From positions 64,001 through 128,000 of IMG/VR virus record IMGVR_UViG_3300032287_002972: DNA of 64,000 bases; one strand, written 5' to 3'. The translations under genes and the position numbers were made by a program. Every line of letters starts with the position of its first letter. The stretch's first letter is position 1. Origin of the DNA: a virus. A model generated the notes under the pieces. The model had not been told where the DNA came from. It saw only the letters and a list, made by a program, of their open reading frames with translations, and made no database searches. This document shows positions 1 through 10,095 of the stretch, one piece after another.

Positions 1-290
1 ATAACAAATGATTTTAAAGAATCTAAAACATTTTCTTTTATTTGTTTTGGTATATTAGTAGAGACTTCAAAAGAATGGGTTAAGAATAATTTAAAATTAT
101 CAAAATTCTCCCAAATATTACCTATTTTAGTTTTATTTTTAATATCGTATAGTTCATCTAAAAAAATACAATATTTCTCATCTGGTGATAACCAATCAGT
201 AATAACGATAGTTTCATTTTCATTTTTTACACCATATAATCCTAAAATTCTATTTTTTTCAGATTCTGATATTAAAAATTTATTATACAT
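1..290 (-). CDS. Partial (runs off the window) putative virion protein with ISESEKNRIL leader
   Basis: Read manually from the ATG at 290: MYNKFLISESEKNRILGLYGVK...; open to position 1; same leader class as 1326 and 25595. Confidence 0.7.
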   Translation of the reverse strand, partial: MYNKFLISESEKNRILGLYGVKNENETIVITDWLSPDEKYCIFLDELYDIKNKTKIGNIWENFDNFKLFLTHSFEVSTNIPKQIKENVLDSLKSFV

Positions 291-294
291 GATA

Positions 295-525
295 TTATTT
301 TAATTTATTTGCTTTATCCCTTTTTAATAATGAACCAACAATGTCTGACCATTTTGTTAACCCAATTTGATTTCCGGGTCCTCTAGTCACACCTGATTCC
401 CATTTACCTACTTCTGGGTATCCTTGCCCACCTGAAGTAGGTGTGGTAGTACCAGCAGTAGCATCTTGTTCATCTATGTTTTTTATTAATCGTTTATATT
501 GTTTTTCTGAGATTATTATTTTCAT
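295..525 (-). CDS. Small putative virion protein with MKIIISEKQYKRL leader
   Basis: Shared N-terminal tag; upstream ATATTTATA motif. Confidence 0.7.
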   Translation of the reverse strand: MKIIISEKQYKRLIKNIDEQDATAGTTTPTSGGQGYPEVGKWESGVTRGPGNQIGLTKWSDIVGSLLKRDKANKLK

Positions 526-572
526 GTTTTTATAAATATTTTGAATTTATTAAATGTTTGTTTTATAAATAT

Positions 573-941
573 TTACTCATCATAAATAGTATCATCTATC
601 TTTGAAAACATTTTAATGTATTGTCCCGATTTGGCGTTTGCCTCATCTTCAATTTCACCACCGATATCTGGTGGTTTAACTTTTAATCTTCCATCTTCAT
701 ATTGTTTATGGTGAACCATTTCATGTGCAATACTTCTCATGACATCAACCAAGAATCTATTTTTGATATTAATCCTAATTACTTTATTCTTTTTAGAATA
801 ATCATAATTAGCGGTAGTTTTTAACTCACCTCTACCATTTTGTAAAACAATGGTTGGACATTTTTCCAATCCAAGTTCTTTTTTTACGAATTTTACAAAT
901 TCGATAATTTTTTCCTTTTTTTTATCTTCCAAGAATTCCAT
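573..941 (-). CDS. Zincin-like metallopeptidase
   Basis: SIAHEMVHHKQ (HExxH) followed by EDEANA. Confidence 0.7.
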   Translation of the reverse strand: MEFLEDKKKEKIIEFVKFVKKELGLEKCPTIVLQNGRGELKTTANYDYSKKNKVIRINIKNRFLVDVMRSIAHEMVHHKQYEDGRLKVKPPDIGGEIEDEANAKSGQYIKMFSKIDDTIYDE

Positions 942-1002
942 ATTATATAAATATATCCATTTAATATATACAACTTAATAACTTTTAATTATAATTATTT
1001 AT

Positions 1003-1329
1003 ATGATGAATTGGTACGATATTCAATATCTTTATTCTAATGCAATGGAATTATTTTCTTCAACAATGTTTCCCAACGTTGGTGTTCCATCTATTTCTGT
1101 GCTTGAATTTTATGATATAAAAAAACTATATAGTTTTTTTGATAAACAAGGAATATATCTCACTATTGAAATGTACACAAAAAATAATTGGAGTTATACT
1201 ATTTCATTAGAAAATGAAAAAATAATAATAACTTCCAAAGAATCTAAAAACGAAAGAGAAGAGATTGAATATGACGGGTTTGAAGAATGTTTTAAATTAT
1301 TAAATAAAAAATTAATAGAAAAAAAATGA
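1003..1329 (+). CDS. Hypothetical protein
   Basis: 108-aa ORF, no recognisable motif. Confidence 0.6.
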   Translation: MMNWYDIQYLYSNAMELFSSTMFPNVGVPSISVLEFYDIKKLYSFFDKQGIYLTIEMYTKNNWSYTISLENEKIIITSKESKNEREEIEYDGFEECFKLLNKKLIEKK

Positions 1330-1448
1330 ATACACTAGAAATGTCTGAAGAAGAAAAAAATAGAATTCTTCAAAAACACAAAAACGCAATTAAAAAAGAA
1401 AATGTAAAAAAAGAAACATTAAATAAAGGTTTACAAAAACCTAAGTAA
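1326..1448 (+). CDS. 40-aa peptide made mostly of the MSEEEKNRILQKH leader
   Basis: Not in the ORF track; ATGA overlap with the upstream stop; MNTLEMSEEEKNRILQKHKNAIKK... Confidence 0.5.
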   Translation: MNTLEMSEEEKNRILQKHKNAIKKENVKKETLNKGLQKPK

Positions 1449-1462
1449 TGTATTATTTTTTA

Positions 1463-2554
1463 TTACTTATATGAATTAATTTCGTCCTTTACTTTTTTTA
1501 ATGCAGATGCAATTACTTGATGCATGTCATAGTATTTGTATTCTGCTAATCTACCTCCAAAAATTATATTTTTTTCTTTTAACATTAATTTTTTATATTG
1601 GTCGTATTTTAAATTATTACTGACGTTGTTAATTGGGTAATATGGATCACCTTCTGTTCTTGGGTATTCTTTTGTTATTAGGGTATTTTTTTGTGTGCCA
1701 AATTCAAAATGTTTATGTTCAATAATTCTCGTGTATTCTGTTTCAATGTCAGTGAAATTAATAACAGCATTCCCTTGATAATCTTTTAAATCTATTATTT
1801 CAGATTTAAATTCTAAACTTCGATATTCCAACGAACCAAATCTAAAATTATAGAGTCTATCTATAGGCCCAGTGTACACTATTTTATTTGTTTGAGAATC
1901 CCAATATTCTTTATTTTGAAAATAATCGACATTTAATCTAACATCAATACCGTTTAGAAGTTTTTCAAATATTTGTGTATACCCACCAATTGGTATCCCT
2001 TGATACTTATCAAAAAAATAATTGTCATCATAATTTAACCTGATTGGTAACCTTTTTATAATACTAGTTGGTAATAGTTTTGGTTCCATACCCCATTGTT
2101 TTGTTGTATATCCCTTAATGAAAATTTCATATATTTCTTTACCCACTTGTGATAATACCCAATCTTCTAAATTTTTTGGAAACGGTATATCGTATTTTAC
2201 ATTATTTAAAATATCTGTTGCCTTTTCTGGTGTTGTTGTACCATATATTTGATAGAGTGTCATTAAATTAATTGGAAAAGAATAAATCATACCCTTGTAA
2301 TTAACTTTAGGTCTATTAACATAATGATTGAATTTACAATATTTGTTTATATATTCCCAAACACCATTATCAGATGTATGAAATATATGTGCACCGTACT
2401 TATGTGTATTTATATCTTCAATTTTTTCTGTGTAACAGTTACCACCAATATGTGATCTTTTATCTATAACCAAACATTTATATCCGTTATCTGTTAATTC
2501 TCTTGCGAAAATTGAACCAAATAAACCTGAACCTATTATTAGATAATCATACAT
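1463..2554 (-). CDS. glf: UDP-galactopyranose mutase
   Basis: GSGLFG Rossmann motif, HIGGNCY, HKYGAHIFHT, RIIEHKHF, PYYP, GRLAEYKYYDMHQ. Confidence 0.95.
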   Translation of the reverse strand: MYDYLIIGSGLFGSIFARELTDNGYKCLVIDKRSHIGGNCYTEKIEDINTHKYGAHIFHTSDNGVWEYINKYCKFNHYVNRPKVNYKGMIYSFPINLMTLYQIYGTTTPEKATDILNNVKYDIPFPKNLEDWVLSQVGKEIYEIFIKGYTTKQWGMEPKLLPTSIIKRLPIRLNYDDNYFFDKYQGIPIGGYTQIFEKLLNGIDVRLNVDYFQNKEYWDSQTNKIVYTGPIDRLYNFRFGSLEYRSLEFKSEIIDLKDYQGNAVINFTDIETEYTRIIEHKHFEFGTQKNTLITKEYPRTEGDPYYPINNVSNNLKYDQYKKLMLKEKNIIFGGRLAEYKYYDMHQVIASALKKVKDEINSYK

Positions 2555-3210
2555 TATAATACAATTAACCCTATCCCTAAATAACTTCCAACAACACTAT
2601 TATATTGTTCTGTAAATTCGTAATATTGGTAATTACTTTTTATTTCGTTCCAAAATTGACCTACACCAGGACAAACAACATTAGTAATATCATGAAATAC
2701 AATATATTTTGGATTAAATTGTTTTGCAATTTCTAAATCATTTTTCACGGCATTATATGAATGCTCAGCATCTATTAATATTAAATCAATTTGTTCACGA
2801 ATATTGTTTTTATTTAAATTAGAACTATATTCTTGTATATAATCAAAATCAGAATAATTTTTATATTCATTTAATATATCACAAATAGGAATTAAATCAC
2901 ATGCATATGACTTAATATTCTTGTTTTTTAATTTTAATACTTCGTTAGTAATAATAAAAGTACCACCCCACCTACATCCTATTTCTAAATAGGATTTAAT
3001 ATCATATTTAGAAAGTTGTTTTAGGTATTTACTAAATTGATTTGGATATTGCCAAAATTTAATACCTTTACCATAATATTCTGAAAGTTCTGTGGGCATT
3101 TCATGAAGATTTTCATCATTCATCCCTAAACTAGGTAAAAATATTTCTAAATCATTTTCTGATATTGAATCTATGTTTAATGATCTTATTAATTTTATTT
3201 CTTTTTCCAT
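2554..3210 (-). CDS. Class I SAM-dependent methyltransferase (Methyltransf_24-like)
   Basis: YLEIGCRWGGT, ILIDAEHSY, IVFHD. Confidence 0.85.
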   Translation of the reverse strand: MEKEIKLIRSLNIDSISENDLEIFLPSLGMNDENLHEMPTELSEYYGKGIKFWQYPNQFSKYLKQLSKYDIKSYLEIGCRWGGTFIITNEVLKLKNKNIKSYACDLIPICDILNEYKNYSDFDYIQEYSSNLNKNNIREQIDLILIDAEHSYNAVKNDLEIAKQFNPKYIVFHDITNVVCPGVGQFWNEIKSNYQYYEFTEQYNSVVGSYLGIGLIVL

Positions 3211-3852
3211 TTAAAAATGATTTGTTACAGGTCTAGAATAGACATTAGTAAAGATGTTATCATAACCAATAAAACCTCCGATATTATCACTTACACTATC
3301 TATTTGAGAAACCATTAAGGGATATCCACCTAATTTACTGAATCTTTGTTGGTTAATCCACGCGTCTATTGGTGGGTCTATTTCAGGATTATATTCTAAC
3401 ATTTTATCATATGACCTCGATGGGATAATATATGCATGAACACAGTAACAACCATGTATACGTAATAAATTTTCATCAATTAAATTTAATGGATTTTCAA
3501 ATATGTTAGCATTAACATAATATATGTCCCAATCGGTCCTTTTAAATAAACTTTTTAACGAGTTTTCAAACAAGTGAAATGTATCGTCCTTAAAGAATAT
3601 ATCGTCTTCTAAAATTAGAATATTATCTAAATTTTTGTCTTTAGCATATTGTATTAAATTACGGTGTGATGTACCACTTGCTTTAACACAATTTTCGGGT
3701 GTTCTTTGTTCTGCTTTAACTGCACTATATCTTTGTACAAAATCTTCAATACCATATTTGGATAATTCTTTATCCATATGTTCTTTTCTATCTGTACGAT
3801 CATCTAAATTTATGTACCAAGATTCGCTCACATAATTTTTTAAAAAATTCAT
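3211..3852 (-). CDS. Glycosyltransferase family 25
   Basis: YINLDDRTDR, SH, LILEDD, HAYII, PIDAW. Confidence 0.85.
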   Translation of the reverse strand: MNFLKNYVSESWYINLDDRTDRKEHMDKELSKYGIEDFVQRYSAVKAEQRTPENCVKASGTSHRNLIQYAKDKNLDNILILEDDIFFKDDTFHLFENSLKSLFKRTDWDIYYVNANIFENPLNLIDENLLRIHGCYCVHAYIIPSRSYDKMLEYNPEIDPPIDAWINQQRFSKLGGYPLMVSQIDSVSDNIGGFIGYDNIFTNVYSRPVTNHF

Positions 3853-3856
3853 AATC

Positions 3857-5092
3857 TTAAATTTTAAAATATGATGGTGTTACCCATTCTGATTTATTTG
3901 AAAACGGCCATATCAATAATTGAGTAGGATGTTGTCTATTTTTTGATCTATCAAATTTAAATTTTTTAGAAACTATTTTACCTTCAAATAGGTCTCTATT
4001 TTCATTAAATAAAATATCTTCTCTATGTATTGCAATACCATTTTGGTCTAATACAATCATTGCCCAAAATCTTATATCGTCAACTTTTTCTATTTCGTTA
4101 AAATTCCATGATATAATATCATCGAATGTTATTTGTTCATTATCCCACCCTTCTTCAGAATTTGAACAAGGTGGTTCTTTCCCTATTTCTGTTTCTTTAT
4201 GTACGATACAATTAACAAAATCTATACCTGAATAATTTTTAAAATCTTCTAAAGTTCTTTCACTACCTAGTCCATAAATACCTAAATTGTAGTTATCGTT
4301 TCTTTCAAGTAAACAATCTAATCTATCGTGTGCAATTTTATTATATTTTGACCAATTTTTATCATCATCCCAGTGTTTAATATTTCCTAACCTTTGATAA
4401 AAATGATAAACAATAACTCTATGTGAATTATATATATTATATCCATTTGTAAAATATCTAACGGCCATTGATGTTTCTTCACCTGAAAAATAAAGGTCAG
4501 GGTCATATGGTACTATTTTATTTATTTCGCCCAATCCAAATATAAATCCCGCTGAAATATGGACACCTTTAACCGGTAATTCCTTTAATTCCCAATTTTC
4601 CATATTCATTGGTCTACTTAATGGATATTTATGGTCAAACCTATATACGTTACAAATTTGAGGAACATTATACCACTCAATTTCTGGGGTATCTGGACTA
4701 AAATTTGGGGGATATCCGGTAATTATTGCTTTATCATCTTTTAACGATTCCCATATCTCAATTATCCTTTCATCCCAATTTTTAATAAACCTCATATGAG
4801 AGTCTATTTGAAGAGTAAAATATTCATCAGACCATTCTAATTGAGTCTTGTTTCTAGCCCAACAAGCACCTTTAGATTCTATATAATCTATATCTATAAT
4901 TTTAAATCTTTCATCATTTTTAAATTCATCCAAATTATCCCATTCATCCTCTTTTGAATGTTGCCAACATATCACTAAAACTAAATTTTCAGGATATTTA
5001 GCCTTTTCTAAACAATCTTTTATTGTGGGTATTAATTGAGGATCTCTATATGATGCAATTTGTATAAAAATCTTATTATTATTTATCATCAT
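3857..5092 (-). CDS. GT60-like (Skp1 GlcNAc transferase family) glycosyltransferase
   Basis: IFIQIASYRDP, GACWAR, LQIDSHMRF, VPYDPDLYFSGEE. Confidence 0.85.
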   Translation of the reverse strand: MMINNNKIFIQIASYRDPQLIPTIKDCLEKAKYPENLVLVICWQHSKEDEWDNLDEFKNDERFKIIDIDYIESKGACWARNKTQLEWSDEYFTLQIDSHMRFIKNWDERIIEIWESLKDDKAIITGYPPNFSPDTPEIEWYNVPQICNVYRFDHKYPLSRPMNMENWELKELPVKGVHISAGFIFGLGEINKIVPYDPDLYFSGEETSMAVRYFTNGYNIYNSHRVIVYHFYQRLGNIKHWDDDKNWSKYNKIAHDRLDCLLERNDNYNLGIYGLGSERTLEDFKNYSGIDFVNCIVHKETEIGKEPPCSNSEEGWDNEQITFDDIISWNFNEIEKVDDIRFWAMIVLDQNGIAIHREDILFNENRDLFEGKIVSKKFKFDRSKNRQHPTQLLIWPFSNKSEWVTPSYFKI

Positions 5093-5167
5093 TTTTATCT
5101 AAAAATATTATTTTTAAATTAAATAGTAAAGTTTTATTTTTTTTTCTTATATTGCATAAAAAAAGAC

Positions 5168-5512
5168 ATGAATAAAAATTACCAACCAATTGTTGTAGAT
5201 AATGCAACTAAAATGTTTAAAGTTTTAGAAGAAGAAAACTTTTTTTCTGAATTCCAAATTGAAAATAGAGAATTTGTTTTCGAATATTTTTGTGATTTTT
5301 TCACCGAAAAATTCATTAATGGTGAATATGATAATACTAACATAGACATTTCAAATGATGAAATGGAAAGATGTTTATTAGATATCACAATAAAAGATAC
5401 GTTACATACATTAACCAAAGAAGGTATTGTAGATATGATTGAAGACGAAAATAATGACGAACAATTTTTTTTAACTGATTTAGGAAAAAATATAGTTAAA
5501 AAAATAAATTAA
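5168..5512 (+). CDS. Acidic hypothetical protein, possible C-terminal winged helix
   Basis: TLHTLTKEGIVD...FFLTDLGK resembles a wHTH wing. Confidence 0.5.
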   Translation: MNKNYQPIVVDNATKMFKVLEEENFFSEFQIENREFVFEYFCDFFTEKFINGEYDNTNIDISNDEMERCLLDITIKDTLHTLTKEGIVDMIEDENNDEQFFLTDLGKNIVKKIN

Positions 5513-6264
5513 AGTTCAAAAGTTTTATTAAAATCATTTCCTGATTTTTTGTAACTTTCTTTTGATTCATCATTAGAATTTTCAGTGTATTGCCAATTCC
5601 ATGAAAGTTCTTCCTTTAAATCAAACCCAAAAAAAGTTAACACATTTTTTTGAATATCTATAACATTTTTACCATTCCAATTTTGACCTATAGCAATAAT
5701 TCCACATGAAATGTCTTTTAAAAGATTTGACTCGTTTAATGTTGAGTGTCTGTTCTCCAACCATGTTAATCTTTCAATAAGATTTTGATAAATAGCGTTC
5801 ATTTGACCCCATCTTATAGAACCAAAAAATAAAACAGTGTCACTTTCAAATAACACTTTTGTTACTTTCCATAATTCATCATCAGGATTATTGATGTTTC
5901 TCCAACATCTATGATGTCCTGTTGGATTTTTATCTTTATCATCTAATGATGCTTTTTTAAGTCCACATTCATTTCCTTTCATATGTGATACATTAGCCTC
6001 ACAAGTATAGATTTTTAATTCAGGTATTTCTATTAAAGTAACTTTATTTTTACCTAAATATGATTGGATGGCTTTAGCTAATCTTGTCGACTTAGGTTCT
6101 TCTTTTAATTCTTTAGACGCCCAACCACCTCTATTTGAGGTTGTTAAAAATAAAATCTTTTCTTTTTTTTCTAAAAATTTTATTGTTTCAATTAATTTTT
6201 TATAATGAGGGTCATTTTTTTTTAATGTTGGATCAATCTCTTCAAATAAATGTGAAAGTTTCAT
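5509..6264 (-). CDS. Flavodoxin-fold NAD(P)H-dependent FMN reductase-like protein
   Basis: TTSNR..S..LA, Cys cluster (CEAN..C..RCW), SDTVLFFGSIRWG; MKLSHLFEE leader. Confidence 0.7.
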   Translation of the reverse strand: MKLSHLFEEIDPTLKKNDPHYKKLIETIKFLEKKEKILFLTTSNRGGWASKELKEEPKSTRLAKAIQSYLGKNKVTLIEIPELKIYTCEANVSHMKGNECGLKKASLDDKDKNPTGHHRCWRNINNPDDELWKVTKVLFESDTVLFFGSIRWGQMNAIYQNLIERLTWLENRHSTLNESNLLKDISCGIIAIGQNWNGKNVIDIQKNVLTFFGFDLKEELSWNWQYTENSNDESKESYKKSGNDFNKTFEL

Positions 6265-6593
6265 TATTTTTTATTTTTTTCGTCAATTTGACTTGAACTA
6301 TGTGACATTTTTTTATGTTCTCTAATTTTATTCTTTAATTGTTTAATTAAATTGTGAGTTTTAATTAAATTTTCTGAGATATTTTTAACCCTACCAACAG
6401 ATAAAGTTTTTAACCCTTCGGGCATCGCATCGTCAACTTTCCTAAGTTCTTTTATTGTTTCAACAAGTTGATTTTCGAATTCTTCTATTTTAAACTGTAT
6501 TTTATTATACTCTTCTCTACGAATTTTTTTAGTTTCTTCAAAAAGTATTTCTTTAATTTTATTTCTTACTAATGATTCATCAATATTTTGCAT
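6264..6593 (-). CDS. Coiled-coil hypothetical protein
   Basis: Heptad-rich; IDE..IKEILFEE leader-like N-terminus. Confidence 0.6.
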   Translation of the reverse strand: MQNIDESLVRNKIKEILFEETKKIRREEYNKIQFKIEEFENQLVETIKELRKVDDAMPEGLKTLSVGRVKNISENLIKTHNLIKQLKNKIREHKKMSHSSSQIDEKNKK

Positions 6594-6628
6594 AAAAATA
6601 TAATTTAATATTTTAATTTATTTATAAA

Positions 6629-6859
6629 TTATACAGTAAACAATTTATCTTCTTCTTTAGATAATTCACCATCTCTTTTCATTCCTTCTTTAATATAAGT
6701 CCTGATGAGTTTTGATACGGTCATATTTTTTTGAACAGCAATTTTTTCAATTTCTCTAAAGTATGCTGGCATTACTCTAAATGACAACATTTGAACCAAT
6801 TGTTTAGATTTTGGTGTATTTGGAATGATACTAGTTTCGTTAAAATCTTTTAAATTCAT
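6629..6859 (-). CDS. Ribbon-helix-helix DNA-binding protein (start moved to the ATG at 6859)
   Basis: LSFRV...EIEKIA...MTVSKLIRTYI; ATATTTATA upstream of 6859. Confidence 0.65.
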   Translation of the reverse strand: MNLKDFNETSIIPNTPKSKQLVQMLSFRVMPAYFREIEKIAVQKNMTVSKLIRTYIKEGMKRDGELSKEEDKLFTV

Positions 6860-6935
6860 TTTATTAATATTTTTATATAAATATTTGTTAATATACAAAT
6901 ATTTTCGTACTTTTGATATATAAAAAAATATATTT

Positions 6936-7292
6936 ATGTCGAACGAAAATTTAAATGTAAATCCTGTTGAATATTGTGAAAAAAAGTACCCACAAACCAC
7001 CACAGAATTTAAAAAGATAATGGAAGAACAATATGAATTGTTTTGTAAAAAACAAATGAATTATGGACCAGATAATATTTCTGTAGGTACAAAATTAGAA
7101 ACAAAAGAAGAAGTAAAATTATGTCAAACAGGATTATGGTTTAGAATGAATGACAAAATACAAAGATTAAAACAATTGGTGATATTAAACGTTGAAGATA
7201 GTGTGAATGAAAGTATTCAAGACACATATAGTGATTTATCAGTTTATGGTGTTATCGCACAGATTGTTTCAAAAGGTAAATGGGGGAAATAA
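6936..7292 (+). CDS. Nucleotide modification associated domain 1 (DUF1599-like) protein
   Basis: LFCKKQMNYG, RMNDKIQRL, ESIQDTYSDLSVYGVI. Confidence 0.75.
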   Translation: MSNENLNVNPVEYCEKKYPQTTTEFKKIMEEQYELFCKKQMNYGPDNISVGTKLETKEEVKLCQTGLWFRMNDKIQRLKQLVILNVEDSVNESIQDTYSDLSVYGVIAQIVSKGKWGK

Positions 7293-7331
7293 TACTCTAA
7301 CGAGATATTTATATAAAAACGAAAGGAAATT

Positions 7332-7691
7332 ATGAAAGTTAATTTACAACACCCTACTTTTCTATTATTTTTAGAAACTGTAAGTAATAACATTTTAACA
7401 AATGTTAAAACCGATAATTATTTTTCTCTTACTAAAGAGAAAAAACGAGGTATGCAGTACCTTACTTTGAAAGTAATTTCACAAGTTATTAAAAACAGGG
7501 TTAGGATAACTGATGAAGAATTGTTAGATTTTATAAAAATTCTTTTAAGTAGAAATGAAGAATCTGAACAATTCGAATTGGCAGGTATTTTAAATGACAT
7601 AATTAATGATTTTAAATCATTAAATGACAAAATTGTTGAAATTAAAAAAACAAAACGAATTATTAGAATTGATAAACCTGTAAATGAGTAA
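7332..7691 (+). CDS. Hypothetical protein
   Basis: ORF with upstream ATATTTATA; EESEQFELAGILND is UvrB/C-like. Confidence 0.55.
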   Translation: MKVNLQHPTFLLFLETVSNNILTNVKTDNYFSLTKEKKRGMQYLTLKVISQVIKNRVRITDEELLDFIKILLSRNEESEQFELAGILNDIINDFKSLNDKIVEIKKTKRIIRIDKPVNE

Positions 7692-7694
7692 ATT

Positions 7695-7910
7695 TCATTT
7701 AGGTATATGTTCTAAAATTTCAACTATTGGTATTAAAACAAGAAATAAATAATGACTATCACCATTATTATTTTGTTTTAATACCAAATCACATTCTAAA
7801 TAGTTTTTTAGTGAGTCTATTAATTCAGGATTTATCCTACTCTCTTTTATTTTTCTTTTTATAAAATACAAGTTTTCTTGATAGTTAAGAGTTTCTTTAC
7901 AATTTATCAT
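7695..7910 (-). CDS. Hypothetical protein
   Basis: Coupled to the upstream nuclease gene. Confidence 0.5.
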   Translation of the reverse strand: MINCKETLNYQENLYFIKRKIKESRINPELIDSLKNYLECDLVLKQNNNGDSHYLFLVLIPIVEILEHIPK

Positions 7911-8491
7911 TATTTACAATTTATTTTATGTTGATACCATTTTAATTTAGGGTTTTCATTTTTGAAATAAAAACACATAAGTTTTTTTGAATTTTCAAAA
8001 TATATCTGTTTTATATATCCTGAAGGAACTGTTGCTCCTGAACTTAATTTTACGCTATTTTCATCAAATAAAACTTCAATAGTAACCGTTAATGGTTCAA
8101 AATTATCCCATATTCTTTCTTGTTCTTCTAATAATCTCCATTCACCTCTATTTAGATATTGATTTTGTAATGAACAATTTAAAAATGAATAGGTTTCTCT
8201 AAGGTTAGATATGTTATCTGAAAAAGAACCGGCAGGTACTAAATGACCTTTATCATATATGTTATTATGGTAATCGGCGTTACTTGAAGTGTGAATACCT
8301 TTTTCCAAATAAAAATTTAAATTTTTATTTCTAACTTTTGATTTTCTATTAATTGACCTATAAATCACTTCTAACGGTTGTTCTAACTTTTGTGAGAATG
8401 TTACAGAATAAATAGATTTATTAACGTGTATGATGTCATTTTGTGTTTGAGACATCATTAATAAACAAATAAATAAAATTAAATACTTCAT
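7910..8491 (-). CDS. DNA/RNA non-specific endonuclease (NucA/EndoG-like) with signal peptide
   Basis: YDKGHLVPA, N..Q...LNRGEWRLLE, VPSGYIK; hydrophobic N-terminus. Confidence 0.9.
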   Translation of the reverse strand: MKYLILFICLLMMSQTQNDIIHVNKSIYSVTFSQKLEQPLEVIYRSINRKSKVRNKNLNFYLEKGIHTSSNADYHNNIYDKGHLVPAGSFSDNISNLRETYSFLNCSLQNQYLNRGEWRLLEEQERIWDNFEPLTVTIEVLFDENSVKLSSGATVPSGYIKQIYFENSKKLMCFYFKNENPKLKWYQHKINCK

Positions 8492-9042
8492 AGGTTATTC
8501 TTTTTAATATAATTAAATATCTCTCTACTTGTTTCTGAATGCACTCCAAATTCAATAAAAGGTATATTATTAAATTCTAATTTTTTTCTTATCTGTTTAT
8601 CGATATCTTTCGCTTCGTATATGTTTTGGAATCTACCATTTTCATTGTATGTTTTATCATCTCTTAATAATAATATATTAAGACTATTGTATTTTTTAAA
8701 TAAATTTAAAATAAAAACATCAAAAGAATCGTCATAAAAAGATGATGGATAAGATGGTTCTGTATCATAAAAATCTTTATATACGGTACCTAAAATGATT
8801 GGTGAATCAACAATAATATATTTTACTTTATTATATAATCTACTAATGTTTCTATGTTGATTTGCTGTTATATAAAACTGGTCTTTAATTGCCGAATAAT
8901 TTTCTTCCCATGCCACTATTTTCGGAAATTCAAATGTAAGTTCAACGTCTATATGTTCTTTCTTCATTTTAGTAAATAAACTTGCACTTTGTGTTGATTT
9001 CCCAATACCAGGACCACCAAAAAAATTAATAATTAGACTCAT
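8488..9042 (-). CDS. P-loop kinase / NadR-like AAA ATPase
   Basis: GGPGIGKST Walker A, IIVDSP, GRFQ. Confidence 0.8.
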   Translation of the reverse strand: MSLIINFFGGPGIGKSTQSASLFTKMKKEHIDVELTFEFPKIVAWEENYSAIKDQFYITANQHRNISRLYNKVKYIIVDSPIILGTVYKDFYDTEPSYPSSFYDDSFDVFILNLFKKYNSLNILLLRDDKTYNENGRFQNIYEAKDIDKQIRKKLEFNNIPFIEFGVHSETSREIFNYIKKNNL

Positions 9043-9149
9043 CTTTTTTATTGTAAAAATACTATTTTTTTTCTAATTTTTAAACATTTTTTGATTAAAA
9101 ATTAATTTAATTTAATCTTTGTAATATTTATAATAGTAATAAATAATAT

Positions 9150-9458
9150 ATGGATAGTAACTCTTTTTACACTGTTTTAATAACAGTAATAACAGTTTTA
9201 GGTTCGGCCAGTGCTTGGAGATATTATGAAAAAAGGGCAATGAGAAAAGAAAGGTCTGAAGATTTCATGAAAGATGACTGTAGAGAAAGAATAATAAAAT
9301 TGGAGTTACTTTTAGAAAAATCATCTTCAGAAAAAGATGATATGAGAAGTTTAATTTTAGATTTAACACGTGAAGTTGCGGAATTAAGAGTTAAGGTTGA
9401 ATTCTTGGAAGATAAGAACAAAGAATTAATTAAAAAAACCGGTGATTTACATTTATAA
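9150..9458 (+). CDS. Single-TM coiled-coil protein, possible holin or lysis accessory
   Basis: N-terminal TM then coiled coil; near the endolysin; late motif upstream. Confidence 0.45.
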   Translation: MDSNSFYTVLITVITVLGSASAWRYYEKRAMRKERSEDFMKDDCRERIIKLELLLEKSSSEKDDMRSLILDLTREVAELRVKVEFLEDKNKELIKKTGDLHL

Positions 9459-10022
9459 TTAAAGATTTTTGGTTAATAAATCAAATATTTTAATAATATC
9501 ATTTAAGGAATCGTAGGAAAAACATTCTGAATATCCGTTAAAATTTTCAAGTATAGGTCTAAATTTTTTTACACCTATATTTTTTTTTAATTTATCTTTT
9601 ATTTTTTCTTCTAATTTTTCGGCATCAGGAGTATCGATTCTCCGTAAAATGGTTTCTATTTTATATCCATCATATCCATATTCTTTACTAAATCTACGAA
9701 AAATGAATTTCTTAGAAGTTATACCAACTTTAATAAAAGTATCGCCAGTCTTCTCTTCTTTCATTATAATCAAATATAATGATTTTGGTAAATTTTTTAT
9801 TATTGTTTCTTTTTTCTTCTTATGTTTAGACAGTTTTTTTAAAACATATGATTTAGCGTCATCGATTTTACTAAATTCCTTTACGTCTCTATATTTGTTC
9901 GGAAAATATTTTTTATATTTTTCAGAATAAATTATTTTACCACTATCGACAACAATAATTGTTTTATTTTGTTTTATCTTTTCATAAAAAGAATAAAACC
10001 CAATTTTAAATAATGGCTCCAT
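9459..10022 (-). CDS. GIY-YIG / T5orf172-like nuclease
   Basis: LYLI...FIKVGIT...R, AEKLE, GYSECF. Confidence 0.7.
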   Translation of the reverse strand: MEPLFKIGFYSFYEKIKQNKTIIVVDSGKIIYSEKYKKYFPNKYRDVKEFSKIDDAKSYVLKKLSKHKKKKETIIKNLPKSLYLIIMKEEKTGDTFIKVGITSKKFIFRRFSKEYGYDGYKIETILRRIDTPDAEKLEEKIKDKLKKNIGVKKFRPILENFNGYSECFSYDSLNDIIKIFDLLTKNL

Positions 10023-10095
10023 ATTTTTTTATTTTTCTTTTATTTATATAAATACAAATTTATGTAAATAAAAATATTTATTATAAAAACAAGAC

